NCBI RefSeq assembly: GCF_004010195.1
Contig: NC_057720.1
Span: 48,338,880-48,402,879, forward strand
DNA length: 64,000 nt
Source: Chiloscyllium plagiosum
Lineage: Eukaryota
Direction: 5' to 3'
A program made the position numbers and the translations under genes. The notes beneath the pieces were generated by a model, which made no database searches, was not told the origin of the DNA, and worked only from the letters and a program-made list of their open reading frames with translations. Below are positions 40,836-54,406 of the stretch, piece by piece. Position 1 is the stretch's first letter. Each line of letters starts with the position of its first letter.

Positions 40836-42960
40836 CAGTGAAAAAGGAAACCAAAGGTATTAGAAGTGGATCTTACATTGAAAAAGTAAGAGTTTCTAAT
40901 TTTATCAGTTTGTCTCTCAAACCCAAACTGGAAAATAATATTGTTCAATTTACTCTAAATATTTTAAAATCAAGCATACAAGTTTTGCAGGAGGTGCTTT
41001 ATCTCCCTCTTAAAACTGATGGTATCCTACATCGTGAGTGTTGACCTTTTTCCAGGCATTCAAAATAAAACCAGCATTTATTTTATTTGACTTAATATAG
41101 TGCAATATAGAAAGGTATAGTTTTAGCTCAAAATATTGACAGTGAAATGATAAACAAAGTTTGTTTTTTTATATACTTACTATAATTATACTTGAGATTG
41201 CTAATTATTACTAACCTAGGATTCCAAGATGAGACTGAGCAACATAGGAAGGGAAGACCGTGAGAGACATGGGAAAATTTAATGAGCAGGAATAACATGA
41301 TAAAAGACATCACGAATGAAAACTAAAGAGGTAAAAAAAATGCTTCTGAAGCTTAGATTATAAAGATTAATTTACCAAAAGGATTCACAAAGTGCATACC
41401 AACAGTATTAGAGTGGTATCTGAGCATTGTACTGTATGCAAGGAATAAATCTTCCGGAAGCCTGCTTCTGCAAAGAAAACAATCAAAGCAGTATGTACAC
41501 AGGAAACTTGGCAATGAACTGGATGGTGAACCACATACTTTTGCATCATTTAGATGGTTATCACTTGTGGTGATATGGTTCTAAGACTTTAGCACCTGCG
41601 CTCAATCCACATCCAACTGAAGTGTGATTAGCAAAGCACTGCATGTCACTACCTGGGAACAAGAGTGCCTTTTGCTAATTTGAACACAAATCCTGATAAT
41701 ATGATATAGGTTGGAAAACCCAACCAAAATAAGACTTAATAAAAAAAAACTGAAACGCACACCTGTTACTCAGCTAGGGACAATGCTTGAGTGTAATCTC
41801 CCACGACGGTCTGAGAAAAGAGCTTTTCTATACAGCTAGGTAATTACAATATCCCATTCTGTAACAGATTGTTACTGGGCCAGAAATAGCAACCTCCAGA
41901 ACTAATGAATAAACAACAAATGCTAGCATATCCCCTTTCTGAAACGTTATCATCCTCTCTAGTGACATGAAATATAGGCCTTGCCGTAAGCACAAGAAAT
42001 AAAATGGAATTAGATTTGGTCAGTAATTCTTCAACTGAATGATATCCAGGTTCTCAAAAGACCAAAATTAAGTGACATAAAACCCTTCTACAAGTCTTTG
42101 CAGCATATTTGCATTCATCTTTTATAGACATCAAATTCTTTTCGTAATATTTTATTTAGAAAGTACACATGACAGCTTTCTGTTGCTTATTGTATCTCTG
42201 GAATTTAATTTGGAGTTTATAATTGCTGAAGGGCATTTTTGTTTACAGCAACTTATTTTCTGTCTTACAATGAGATGAACAAATAGAAAAGATGAAGGGG
42301 CGTGTTGTAGTCTTGCAAATGACTAACTTATATCCAAAATTCAACAATGTTTTAAGGCATATATGTTGTGAGCTTAGATCATGCCCAGTTAATGGTGTAT
42401 CTAGGCAAAAATGCAAAGGAAATTCTAGAATATTATTGCCAATTGGCAGATTTGGGGTTAATTTCAGTAAATCTCATTTACTGATTAAAGATGCTCATGA
42501 AGAGATGAAAGTGACTGAAACTGAAATGAGGAGAAAGTGACTGACAATGAAGTGAACCAATCGGTAACATATAAATGGAGTAAACAATAAATATTCGATA
42601 AATCAGTGTAACCAGATCAAGAATACAAATTAATGTCATAAATTTAAAAATAGAATTTGATTTTTTAATATAGTAGTGTAATCTATATATCCAGTTAATC
42701 CAGTTTCCCCAGCCTGAGGGTTAAATTTGACATCAAAATATTCATGAAGCAAGATCATGTAGTCTGAGTCAAACAGCAATCTCTCTAGGCTATGAAAGAT
42801 CAAGGATACATGGCTATGACTGTTCTGCTTGGGAAATTGGATTACAGTCATTTCTTATTTTCATACCAAAACAATACAAAATTTATTCTGGGTTGCTGCT
42901 CGTTCAATGTTCCTCATGGCTGTACAGTGAAAAACACATCACCTTGTCATGATACCACAG

Positions 42961-43153
42961 TTAAAAATCACAGCACCAGATTATTGTTAAACAGGTTTAT
43001 TTGGAAGCACTAGCTTTCAGAGCATGGCTCCTTCAGTTACACAGCTCCCCGATGAAGGAGTAGCATTCTGGTGCTTCCAAATAAACCTGTTATAACCTGA
43101 TCTTGTGTGATTTTTAACTTTGTCCACCCCAGTCCAGCACCGGGTCCTCTACA
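42961..43153. mobile_element. Palindromic mini-element from a second Penelope family
   Basis: Imperfect inverted repeat (acaggtttatttggaagcac / gtgcttccaaataaacctgt) with hammerhead remnants (CCGATGAAGGAG; minus-strand GGAGC-CAT-GCTCT-GAAAGCTA) and a ~35-bp tail. TSD tcatgataccacag at 42947-42960 and 43154-43167. Confidence 0.8.
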
Positions 43154-43519
43154 TCATGATACCACAGCTAAGACCAAAAGGTTAATTGATGGGGAATTAT
43201 ATTAATGAAGTTGTTCTCCATCACTCTGTGATTCACAAATTTATTTCTTTATATCCCATTTGTGGAAGTTTGATCATTTATTTTTGACATTGGAAGTAAC
43301 TCAAAATTGACAAGTAGATGACTAAGGAGAAGACAATGTCTCTTATGTTTCTTGTTTTTCTGTGTGATGGACAGCTCAACACCATAGGTATCTAATAGCT
43401 TCTAGAATTGTCTCTATATTACCAGATGAATTTTCAATGGAGTTGGCAATGCCTCACACTAAAACAAAATAACACTAGAACTAGGAGTAGAAGGAAGCAA
43501 TTTAGATGATCATAGTAAA

Positions 43520-46025
43520 CAGACAGGAAAGAGTTGCTGTGGGAGTCCTCAATATTGACTGTGGACCCCATGAATTCCCATTACCTCACATTAAACATGG
43601 GCAAGGAAATCTCCTACTGATTATAATGTACTGTCCTCCCTCAGTTGACAAATCAATACTCCACTTGGAGGAAGCACTGAAGATGGAAATGGTATAAGGC
43701 TGCACTCTGGGTGGGGGATTTTAATGGCTACCACCAAGAGTGACTCAGCAGCAGTACTACTGATCGAGCTAGTCAAGTCCTAAACGGCAAAGCTGCTAAA
43801 TTTGGTCTGCGGCAGGTGGTGAGGGAACCAACAAGGGGGAAAAATATACTTGATTTCATCTTTATGAATCTGCTAGCTGCAGATGCATCAGTCCGTGACA
43901 GTACTGGTAAGAATGACTACCACACAGTCCTTGTGGAGACAAAGTCTCGCCTTCACATTGAGAATTACTTCCATCGTGTTGTGTGGCACTATCACTGTGC
44001 TAAATGGGACAGACTTCGAACAGATCTACCAACTCAAGACTGGGCATCCATGAGGCACTGTGGGCTATCAAAAGGAGAAGCACAATCCGTAACCTCATGG
44101 CCCAGCACTCAATCATTACCATCAAGCTAGGGGATCAACCCTGGTTCAATGGAGAGTGCAGGATCGCATGCCAGGAGTAGCACCAGGCATACCTGAAGAT
44201 GAGCATAAGCAACAAGTGATTGACAGAGCTAAGCAATCCCACAAATAATGGATCAGATCTAAGCTCTACAGTTGTGCCTCATCCAGTCATGAATGGTGGT
44301 AGACAATTAAACACAAATATCACAACCTTAATAGTGGAAGACCCCAGCGAGTCAGTGCAATGGATAATCAGAAGCTTTCTCAGCAATCTTCTGCCTTCTC
44401 CAGTGGTCCCTAGCATTACAGATACCAGTCTTCAGCCAATTCAATTCACTTCTCATGATATCAAGAACCAGTTGGAGACACCGGATACTGCAAAGGCTAT
44501 GGGCCCCAACAACATTCCGGTAATCATACTAAAGAGTTGTGCTCCAGAACTTGCCACTCCCCTAGCCAAGCTGTTCCAGTACAGTTACAACACTGGCATC
44601 TCCCCAACAATGTGGAAAATTGCCCAGCTATGTCCTGTACATAAAAAGCAGGACAAATCCAACCTGGCCAATTACCGCCCTATCAAGCTACTCTCGATCA
44701 TCGGTAAAGTGATGGAAGGTGTCATCAACAGTGGTATCAAGCAGCACCTGCTCAGCAATAATCTGCTCAGTGATGCCCAGTATGGGTTCCACCAGGGTCA
44801 CTCAGCTTCTGACCTCATTACAGCCTTGGTCCAAACATGGACAAAACAACTGAATTCCAGAGGTAAGGTGAGAGTGACAGCTCTTGACATCAAGGCTGTA
44901 TTCAACTGAGTGTAGCATCAAGAAGTCCTGGCAAAACTGGAATCAATGGTATCGGGGCAAAGTCTCTGGTGGTTAGAGTCATACCTGATATACAGGAAGA
45001 TGGTGTGGTTGTTAGAGGTTAGTCATCTCCACTCTAAGACATTTCTGTGGGAGTTCCTCAGGGTGGTGTTTTGGGTCGAAACATCTTTAGCTGCTTTATC
45101 AATGATATTCCCTCCATCATAAGGTCAGATGTAGGAATGTTTGCCGATGATTGCACAATGTTCAGCATCATTTGTGACTCCTGAGATACTGAAGCAATTC
45201 ATGTCCAAATGCAACAAAAACTCGACAATATTCAGGCTTGGACTGACAAGTGGAAAATAACATGCACACCACATAAATACCAGGCTATGACCATCACCGT
45301 TAAGAGACAATCTAACCATCATCTCTTGACAGTCAATGGTGCTATTAACACTGAATCCCTCACTGTCAACATCCTGGGGGTTATCATTGATCAGAAACTC
45401 GACCGGACTCACCATATAAACATAATGATTACAAGAGCAGGTCAGAGGCTAGAAATACTGCAGTGAGTAATAAATCTCTGCAAACTCCCCAAGCCTGTTC
45501 ACCATCTACAAGGCACAAGACAGGAATACTTCACACTTGGCTGGATGAATGCGGCCCCAATAAAACTCAGGATGCCTGACACCATCCAGGACAAAGCAGC
45601 CTGCTTGATTGGCACTACATCCACTAGCATCCACCTTTCATTGCCAATGCTCAGGAGCAATAGTGTGTACTATCTATAAGACGCACTGGAGAAATTCACC
45701 AAACTTCAGGCAGCATCTGGAAAACTGACAACCACTTCCATCTAGAAGGACAAAGGCAGTAGGTATATGGAAACACCACCACCTTCAAGTTCCCCTCCAA
45801 GCCACTCTCCATCCTGATTTAGAAATATGTTGCTCCATTCCTTAACTGTTGCCGGGTCAAAATCCTGGTATTCTCTCCCTAATGTCATTGTGGGTCAATC
45901 CAGAGCAGGTGAATTGCAGTGGTTCAAGAAGGCAGCTCATCACCAGCTTCTCAAGGGCAACTAGGGGTGGGCAGTAAATGTTGGCCAGCCAACGATGCCC
46001 ACATTCCACAAATTGAATAAATGAA
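43520..46025 (+). mobile_element. Decayed non-LTR LINE (CR1/L2 supergroup) with APE and RT remnants and 3' UTR
   Basis: GDFN, PTRGKNILD, KAMGPNNI, NYRPIKLLS..GKVME, QYGF, ALDIKAVF, GVPQGGVLG and FADD motifs, with multiple frameshifts. A related 3' end lies at ~59950-60290. Confidence 0.9.
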
Positions 46026-46206
46026 AATGACTGAACTAATCTAGGCTTGAACTCCACTTTCTTCTCTGCTCTCTATAACCCTTCAATACATTACTAATTA
46101 AAAATATGTCTGATTCTTCCAAATGATCCTTTCAGAGAATTAATTTCTCTTCAGCTCAATTTTAGGATAAGGGGTAGCAGATTTAAAATAACAGCCTCTT
46201 GATCTA

Positions 46207-46826
46207 GAACATAGAATATAGAAAAGTACAGCACAGAACAGGCCCTTTGGCCCATGATGTTGGGCCGAGGTTTAATCCTAATATAAAATATTTTAACTTA
46301 ACCTACGCACACCTCAACTCACTGCTATCCATGTGCATGTCCACCAGTTGCTTAAATGTCCCCAATGACTTTGCTTCCACCATCTCAGCTGGCAACGCAT
46401 TTCATGCATTCACAACTCTCTGCGTAAAGAACCTTCCCCTGACGTCTCCTTTATACCTTCCTCCTAATATCTTCAAACTATGACGTCTCGTACCAGTCAA
46501 TCCTGCCCTGGGGGAAAGTCTCTGGCTATTGACTCTATCAATTCCTCTCATTATTTTGTACACCTCGATCAGGTCTCCTCTCTTATTCCTTCTCTCCAGA
46601 GAGAAAAGTATGAGCTTATTCAACCTTTCTTCACAAGGCAAGCTCTCCAGTCCAGGCAGCATCCTGGTAAACCTTCTTTGCACCCTCTTCAAAGCCTCTG
46701 TATCTTTCTATAGTAGGGCGACCAGAAATGGACACAATATTCCGAGTGTGGTTTCACCAGGGACTTGTAGAGCTACAGCAAAACCTCACTGCTCTTAAAC
46801 TCGATCCCCTTGTTAATGAAAGCCAA
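46207..46826 (-). mobile_element. CR1 3' end nested in an older CR1 (older copy continues ~46827-47035)
   Basis: ORF 46402-46692 (RVQRRFTRMLPGL...RGDLIEVYKIM) and a (TTCTATG)-type tail. ORF 46773-46964 is a second, partly fused copy. Confidence 0.88.
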
Positions 46827-47267
46827 GACAAGAGGAAACATCCTTTCGACATCTACTTTGTCAATGCCATTTAGCATTTTATATACCTCAATTAGATCTC
46901 CTCTTAACCTTCTAGACTCTAAAGAGTATAGACCTAAACTGCTCAATCTCTCTTCATAAGACAAATATCTTATCTTGGAGCAATTTAGTAAACCCCTGCT
47001 GAACTGCCTCCCATATAATTACATCCCAGCTACATTCTCAGTCTTAAAACTACGGTTCATAAGACTATTGTGTGGTAGCCATGACTCAAAGTTATCTCAA
47101 CTTGTATGGGTTAAGGATAGGAAGAGATCCACAATGGCCACTATCCAATGACGCTCCTTGAAATGTGTATGCAAGGGATGTCTTATAAAGATAGCATTGG
47201 ATTTGACTTTATTGACTTCAATACTAACTATTTAGAATCATACTTGAAGATTGGGTGAAGAGGTGAA

Positions 47268-47388
47268 CATCCTGATGAAGGGCTCTGGTTGATTTTCCTG
47301 CTCCTTGGATGCTGCGTGAACTGCTGTGTTTTTCCAGCAACACACTCTCAAATCTCACCTCCAGCATCTGCAGACCTCACTGTCTCCT
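47268..47388 (+). mobile_element. Penelope 3' terminal fragment with internally deleted hammerhead
   Basis: CTGATGAAGGGC at 47272 and the tail ctccagcatctgcagacctcactgtctcc. TSD tgaagaggtgaa at 47256-47267 and 47389-47400. Confidence 0.8.
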
Positions 47389-47501
47389 TGAAGAGGTGAA
47401 ATGTCTACCAAACTATACCTCAATGAGTGAACATCTTCAGGAGAGGACTGATGAGAGGAGAAATTTGGAGTGGACCAATTTCTTTCAAGAAAACACACGT
47501 A

Positions 47502-47720
47502 CAGGTCACTCTGCTTTAACGCGTATTTTGTCAATGCAAATTTGCTGTAACACAATTGATGAATTGGTGTCACTGTTTCTAAAGCGCAAACTTTTAAAAC
47601 ATGTATTGGTTATAACATGATTCTGGCCCCATTAGTTTAAATGGTACTGCTATTATGCGATTTTCTTATGACACGGGATTGCATGAGAATGGAAGTACTG
47701 CATTATAGTGGAACCGACTG
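47502..47720. mobile_element. Tc1/mariner (Tigger-like) MITE
   Basis: TA|CAG...CTG|TA ends with imperfect terminal inverted repeats (caggtcactctgctttaacgc / gcattatagtggaaccgactg). Confidence 0.55.
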
Positions 47721-48447
47721 TATCTCAAAAATAATTGCATTGTACTTTTCACTCTCAATTAGAAAACAGTGAACAGACAAAAGTTGTCCGTACCAGAAAA
47801 ATAAATTTATATGCTATTAAAACTGTTGATCAATATCAGGATAAATAGTACCATATGTGCCATGTTTTGTCTGATATTGTGCTCGACTACAATAATATGA
47901 GTGTGAATACAGGTGAAAAATTAAAAGTGAATTCTTTTGATGTTTTTCATTCAAACAACATTTTATTCAGAGTGTTTAATATGGAAGTCTATCAAGGCTA
48001 AGGAAAATAAAATGAATCATCAATTATTTCCCAACTTGTGCTGATATATTGTGGCACTGTTTTACAAATTGGCAATCATCAATGACATTACACAACAAAG
48101 TATTGCTCCCAATCAATTACCTTGTGAAAAATTAGCCTAATATAATACAAGCATGAAGAGTATCCGAAAAGAACAGCTGTACTGCTGACATGCAGGGAAT
48201 ATTACATTGTAATCAGTTTTAGTATAATTGCGACTAATCAGAACTTGAGGTGTGATAGGGTAACATGCTATTTATATGGGAAATCCAGACTTGTCAGAGG
48301 AATCTATTTTGAAAGGCACCCTTTAAAGTGGAAGTATAGCAATTCTGTGGATTGTACCTTATAAAAGCTACATTCCTACATACCTTGGCCTCTAAATCTG
48401 CTGTAATATATCAAGATGCCATCCTGTCCGTTTTTTCTATTATTTTA

Positions 48448-48697
48448 CAGGGCAACCTCAATTATCCATACATCGATCATCCAAACAAGATCTCAAGGTC
48501 CCAGTGCTTGGGTAAACTATATTATCCAAACAATCAATTAACTGGCATTCAATTATCCGAATATCAGATTATTCAGCAAGATCACAAGGTCCCAATGCCT
48601 GGCTAAACTATGTTATCTGGCATTCGATTATCCGGAATGCAATTAACCGAACAAAATACTCCCCGCCCATGTTGTTCAGAAAATCGAGGTTGCCCTG
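48448..48697. mobile_element. Tc1/mariner (Tigger-like) MITE
   Basis: TIR cagggcaacctc / gaggttgccctg, TA on the left and TG on the right. Internal reiterated attatccgaa-like motifs and a duplicated caagatc.caaggtccca.tgc block. Confidence 0.75.
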
Positions 48698-48699
48698 TG

Positions 48700-49305
48700 T
48701 TAGAATGGAATACAATGTGGAGAAATGTGTGGCAATCCACATTGGTAAGAAAAATCCAGAGTGCAGAGTATTTCTTAAATGATGAGAAGTTGGGAAGTTT
48801 TGATGTTCAAAGGAACTTTGGCATTCTTGTTCATGAGTCACCGAAAATGAACTTGCAGATACAACAAGCAGTTAAGGCAAATGGTAAGTTGGCATTTTTA
48901 AAAACTTTTTTTGAGTATAGGAGTAAAAATGTCTTATTACAATTATTATAGAGCCGTGTTGAGACTATACCTGGAGTATTAACTGCAGTTTTGGTCTCTT
49001 CACCAAATTAAAAAAAACACGTGCCATTGAGGAACTGCAACAAATTTCCACTAAATTGATTCCAGGGATGGAGAGATTGTCCTTTGAGGCAAAATCAATT
49101 AGACTAGGCCTACATTCTCTTAAATGCAAAAGAAAATAGTGATCTTTTCAAATGTAAACAATTCTGACAGGAATTGACATGGTAGATGCAAGAAGAATGT
49201 TTCCTCTGGCTGAAAGAGTGGGCTGTATGGGGACACAGTCTCAGAAGAAGGGATTGGCCATTTTGGACTTTCACAAGGAGGACTCTCTTCACTCAGAGAT
49301 CATTA
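48700..49305 (+). mobile_element. Degraded CR1 RT 3' fragment
   Basis: KANGKLAF..EYRSKNVLLQL (ORF 48610-48951) followed by L.LYLEY-like and QFWS motifs. Confidence 0.8.
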
Positions 49306-49369
49306 CTACCAACTAGTTTTACAATGAATTAACTCACTTCTTTGGCACCTGTAAAGGTACAAGATAATG

Positions 49370-50190
49370 TTATAGAGTCACAGATTCATACAACTTGGAA
49401 ACATACCCTTCAGTCCAACTCATCCATGGCAAACATGTTTCTCAAACTAAACTAATCCCACATGCCTGTGTTTGGCCCATATCGCTCTAAATCTTTCCTA
49501 ACTATGTATCTGTCCAAGTGTCTCTTAAATGTTGTAACTCTATCTGCATCTGCCATTTTCTCTGGCAGTTCATTCCACATATGAACCACTCTATGTGAAA
49601 AGATAGCCCCTCAGGTCCATTTTATATCTTTCTCCTGTCACCTTAAAAATATACAATCTAATTTTGAACTCCTCTACAAAGAGAAAACACCTTTGCTATT
49701 CACCTTACTTATGCCCCTCATGATTTTACAAACCTCTATAAGATTACCATTCAACTTCCTACGCTCCAGAGAAAAAAAGTCCCAGCCTATCCATCCTCTT
49801 CTTAAAACCCAACCCTCCAGAGCCAGCAACATCCTTGTAAATCTCTTCTGAACTCTCTCCAATTTAATAATATCCTTCCTACAGCAGGGCGACCAGAATT
49901 GTACACTGTACTTGAAAGGTGGTCTCACCAATAACCTCATTGTAAGAGCTCCAAATGATGTCCCAATTCCTATACCCCAATGGCCCAAACAATGAAGGCA
50001 AGCATGCTATGTGCCTTCTTAACCACCCTGCCTACCTGTGACTTTCAAAGAACTATGTATCTGAACCCCTGAGTCTCTCTCTTCGACAACACTACCAAGG
50101 GCCTTACCATTGACTGTATAACTCTTACCTTTGTCTGTCTTACCAAAATGCAATACCTCACATTTTCCTATCTGCCACTCCTCAGCCCAT
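49370..50190 (-). mobile_element. CR1 3' end
   Basis: ORF 49674-49988 (LVRPPFKYSVQFWSP..KLERVQKRFTRML) and a tail at 49370. Confidence 0.88.
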
Positions 50191-50447
50191 TTGCAATGCT
50201 ATTTCATAACAATGTTAGATATGAGCCTTCAGAAAGCAATGGATTTATGACTAGCTAAATTTAACTTCCATATTATGTCAATAATATAGATTTAAATTAC
50301 ATCTGTACTAAACCTGTGACACACTACAAAGCTCCTTCATGAAAAATAAATGATGAAGATAGACAGACCAATCATTTGCGAGGCAATAGAAAACCTGGAT
50401 AGGTTTACATCTGAAGATTTTACATATGTAGTTTTAAGCCAAAAACT

Positions 50448-51070
50448 AACCTTCATTGGTCAGAGCATTGAGTATAGGAGTTAGGAGGACATGTTGCAAC
50501 TGTACAGGAGATTGGCTAGGCCACTTTTGGAATATTGCATTCAATCATGATCTCCCTCCTATCAGAAGGATGTTGTGAAACTTGAAAGGATTCAGAAAAG
50601 ATTTACAAGGGTGTTGCCAGGGTTGGAGGGTTTGAGCTATAGGGAGAGGTTGAATAGACTAAGGCTATTTTCCCTGGAGTGTTGGAGGCTGAGGAGTGAC
50701 CTTATCGACCTTATAAAATCCTGAGGGGCATGGATAGAGTAAAGAGGCAAGATCTTTTCCCTGACATAGGGGAGTCCAAAACTAGAGGGCATAAGTTTAA
50801 GGTGAGAGGGAAAACATTTAAAAGGGACCTGAGGGGCAACATTTTCACGTAGAGGATGATGTGGGTATGGAATGAGCTGCTAGAAGAAGTGGTGGAAGCT
50901 GGTACAATTACGACATTTAAAAGGCATCTGGATGGGTATATGAATAGGAAGGGTTTAGAAGGATATGGACCAAATGCTGGCAAATGGGACTAGATTTATT
51001 TAGAATATCTGGTTGGCGTGAATGAGTTGGACTGAAGGGTCTGTTTCTGCGCTGTACATCTCTATGACTA
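50448..51070 (+). mobile_element. CR1 3' end
   Basis: RPLLEYCIQ, KLERIQKRFTRVLPGLEGLSY and the tail ctgtacatctctatgact. Confidence 0.88.
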
Positions 51071-52019
51071 TATAACAGGTGTTGATGACCCATCTACAAC
51101 TAAGAGGCTTACTAAGCCTTTTTGGATAGCAGTAAAGAGACAATTTGTACAGGTGTGGAGTCAGCTTCTAGGCCAAGCTAAGTAAAGACTGCGGATGTCC
51201 ACTCCTGAAGGATATTAGTTATCCAGATGGGTATTAATGATAACGTGTTTTATTTTAATGATTCTCACTGAGACTTGCAATTTTGTTCCAGGCTTTTCAA
51301 ATAATTAATTTCAAATTTCTCCAGATGTCTTGGTGGGATTTGTATTTATTTTTCTGCAGCATTTGTCTCAGGATCTGGATTAACATTCAAGAAACATTAT
51401 CACTATATTACCACCAATTTAATGTATGCTGAATATATTTTCCATTTCAAATCACTTCCATGAAAAGTTTTCACTTTTCCCAGCTATATACATATTTACA
51501 AATGGAAATGCCCATAGAACATTCATATTAATTAGACAACTAGAAAGATATATAGATAGTTATGTAGGTTGACAGCAGGCTGGGAGGTTGGTGCAGGGTG
51601 AAACTTGGTTGAGACTTTAAGGATTGAACAAAATATATTGAATATTCAGAATTACACATTGCAGAGACATTAGCCATTTAACTATACAAATAAACATAAT
51701 CATAGTCATGTATATAAAAGTAGAAGCTCCGTAATGTTACAGAGAGATAATTGCTGTAATTTGGAAGCTGTTTGCATTTTCATGGCATAAGGTCAGTGAC
51801 ATGGGCACAGCAGAAATTTCAATAGACTTTCATTAGACAATGGAATGCATTTAACTTAATTGTCATGTCCTATTTATGGTCATGGTCATGTGACAAAAGG
51901 TATATTTGCAAAATATATATAGATGGAAAGAAACCTTAATTCATTGAGTGTTTTTCTCTAGTTGTATCTGTTATGCAGATGATAGAATATAGCCTTTGCG
52001 ATGGTTGGTAAGATTTAGG

Positions 52020-53005
52020 TTCACCTGATTGCTCTGTAATTCTGCCTAGCTGATTACCTTTCACTCCCTTGCTTATTAAGTATCTATTTGCTCCACTTTA
52101 GAAATATTCAAATACTTTACATCCTCTTGAGGAAGAGGTTTTCAAAGATTCACAATCCTCTCATCTTTGTCTTAAATGGGAAATCTTTTATTTTTAAACA
52201 ATGACCCCTTGAATAGAATGGAATAGACTATCCTTTATTGTCACATGTACCCCATTGTAGAGGGACAGTGAAAAGTTTCCACAATGTCTGCCTCTTATGA
52301 CGCCATCTTAGGTATAGGTACTCTAATTACAAATCTTAGATACAAATGAGAACTAAAAAGTAGATGCATACTTTGCAGAGTTTAAGAAATATGTTAGAAA
52401 TAATACAACATTAAAGGATTAACATTACAGTCAGCTAAAAAAGCTTCAAATAAATGTTACATTGTAGCAGCTCAGCTCAAAGCCTCTGCAAATGGTCTGA
52501 CCACCCTCACCAGACCCCAGTCCAACAGCTGTTCCTACTCTGCTCCAAGCCTTCGGTCTGCTCTGTACCAGCACTCAGCTGCTCCAAGGTAAGTTCCAGG
52601 ACTAACTCCCCCATGCTAGTCTCCACTTGGGACTTGCAACCCTGCATGTTAAACATATGGATTCTGTCAAGACCCTTCAAATTCTTACATGTTTCAATCA
52701 TGTTGCCTCTTGCTTTTCTATACTCCGGCTGAAATCATGTAAATGTTTCTCCTAAGACAGACATTCCAGATATTAGTCCGGTAAACCTTCTCTGAAATAT
52801 TTACATCCTTCCCTAAATAAGTAGGCTAATACTTTACAGAGTATTCTAGATGTGGCTTCACCAATGTCCAATTTCAGCAATATTTTCCCACTGTTGTATT
52901 CAATTCATCTTGCAATAAACAATATCAATCTATTAGCTTTCCTAATTATTTACTGTACCTTCATTCAAAATGTTTATAATCCATGCACACAGATCCCCTA
53001 TCATC
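52020..53005 (-). mobile_element. Degraded CR1 fragments with an unclassified ~430-bp insertion (~52210-52640)
   Basis: Minus-strand MIETCKNLKGLDRI and CR1-like 3' segments on either side of an unrelated block. Confidence 0.5.
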
Positions 53006-53797
53006 TTGTTATGATTGAGGTTGGAGAGGGTACTGTCTGTCTCGAGTCCTACCATTCCACCGGTCACAACGTAAATTTAAATTAAAATCTTGACATCGAC
53101 AAAATAGTCAGATTTTCCACAGAAGTGATCAGTGACTAGGTGAGAACCTGGCTGGTGAGTGGCATGGGGCTGATTTACATGTATTAACATCTCATTTTTA
53201 TCCAATCGCTCCTCATTTATGTGCAGATAAATATTTTGTCAGGCAGTGGAGAGAACCTGGATGGCACCAATTCTCAATCTGAAAGTCTGAGTTGGTAACT
53301 GATGGCTGCAGCTCTTTGATATATCCTTCAGGAATCTATCTTAGCTATCATTCATAACACTTCGAGTTACACTCCACAGGCTGAAAACTCCTGCACCCTC
53401 TGTCCACAAAAGTTAACATTTGCGAAGCATAAGCCTCACTACATCACTGTGGCATATCTAGGACTCAGTTATTTTACAGCTTACCATGAAAAGGTACCGT
53501 CTTTAGCTTTCTTTTTTAGCTGCAGCGAGAATGATAATCAATCAGACAAATGATGATGTACAGTGAACAAGTAAGATTTACAAGTAAGTTTACCTGTGCC
53601 ACCTATGTATTGTAAGAAGGTTTCCTTTGTCCTTTCTATTCCACTACATCTAGGTGCAGTCAGATCTATTATTTGTTTCAGTTCCAGTTCCTTTGCCATT
53701 ATGCTCTTTCTCACTCTCTTTCTCTTTTCTGCGTCCCTTCTTTTTCCCTTTGAAATACTCTTTCTTCCTTTTCAGTGTCCTTTTTGAAGTAGTCTGG

Positions 53798-53862
53798 TCT
53801 TTTCCTCATTCTGAAATACTATTTTCTTTTCCTCATTCTGAAATACTATTTTCTTTTCCTCA
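53798..53862. repeat. 27-bp tandem duplication (2.4 copies)
   Basis: tcttttcctcattctgaaatactattt twice, followed by tcttttcctca. Confidence 0.9.
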
Positions 53863-54406
53863 AGTTTGAAATTTATCATTCCTAAATCTATTTCCTGTTC
53901 AAGTTTTGGTATTTAATTTTCCTTTTCTATTTCGATTTGCTTCATTTGCATTTGATTTCTAGCTAGTTCAACTGAATTTCCATCTGAATTGCATTCAAAA
54001 ACTCTTCTATATTTTGAATTTTATCTGCTTTCTTTGCATCTACTTTAAATTCTAACTCCAACCTTTTTGCTAATTGAATTAGCCTAGCTTTGATAACTTT
54101 TTTCCCCAAATCATTCAGAGATAAAGCTCCCATCTCCAGAAGGTCGCAGCAATTGATAACGCCATCCTGGTATTGTATACTTTATGCTAATGCACAAGAA
54201 GGTTAACATTTTTCATTTTATACATTTCAATTATTACACTTCCAATTACACATTTCTGGCTTTGAGTTATTGTGAAAGCCTCCAATTTTATGTTATGACT
54301 GAGGTTGGAGAGTGCACTGCCATTCTCTCATCCCACCACATGGTCACAATTTAAATTTAAATGCCTTACCCAGTTAAATGCCAACCAGGTTATTTAATAA
54401 TCAACA

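Noticed and set aside
48448-48697. CRISPR-like repeat-spacer array (reiterated attatccgaa motifs)
   Set aside because: The motifs are short, irregular and enclosed by TIRs in a eukaryotic MITE, and no cas genes are present.
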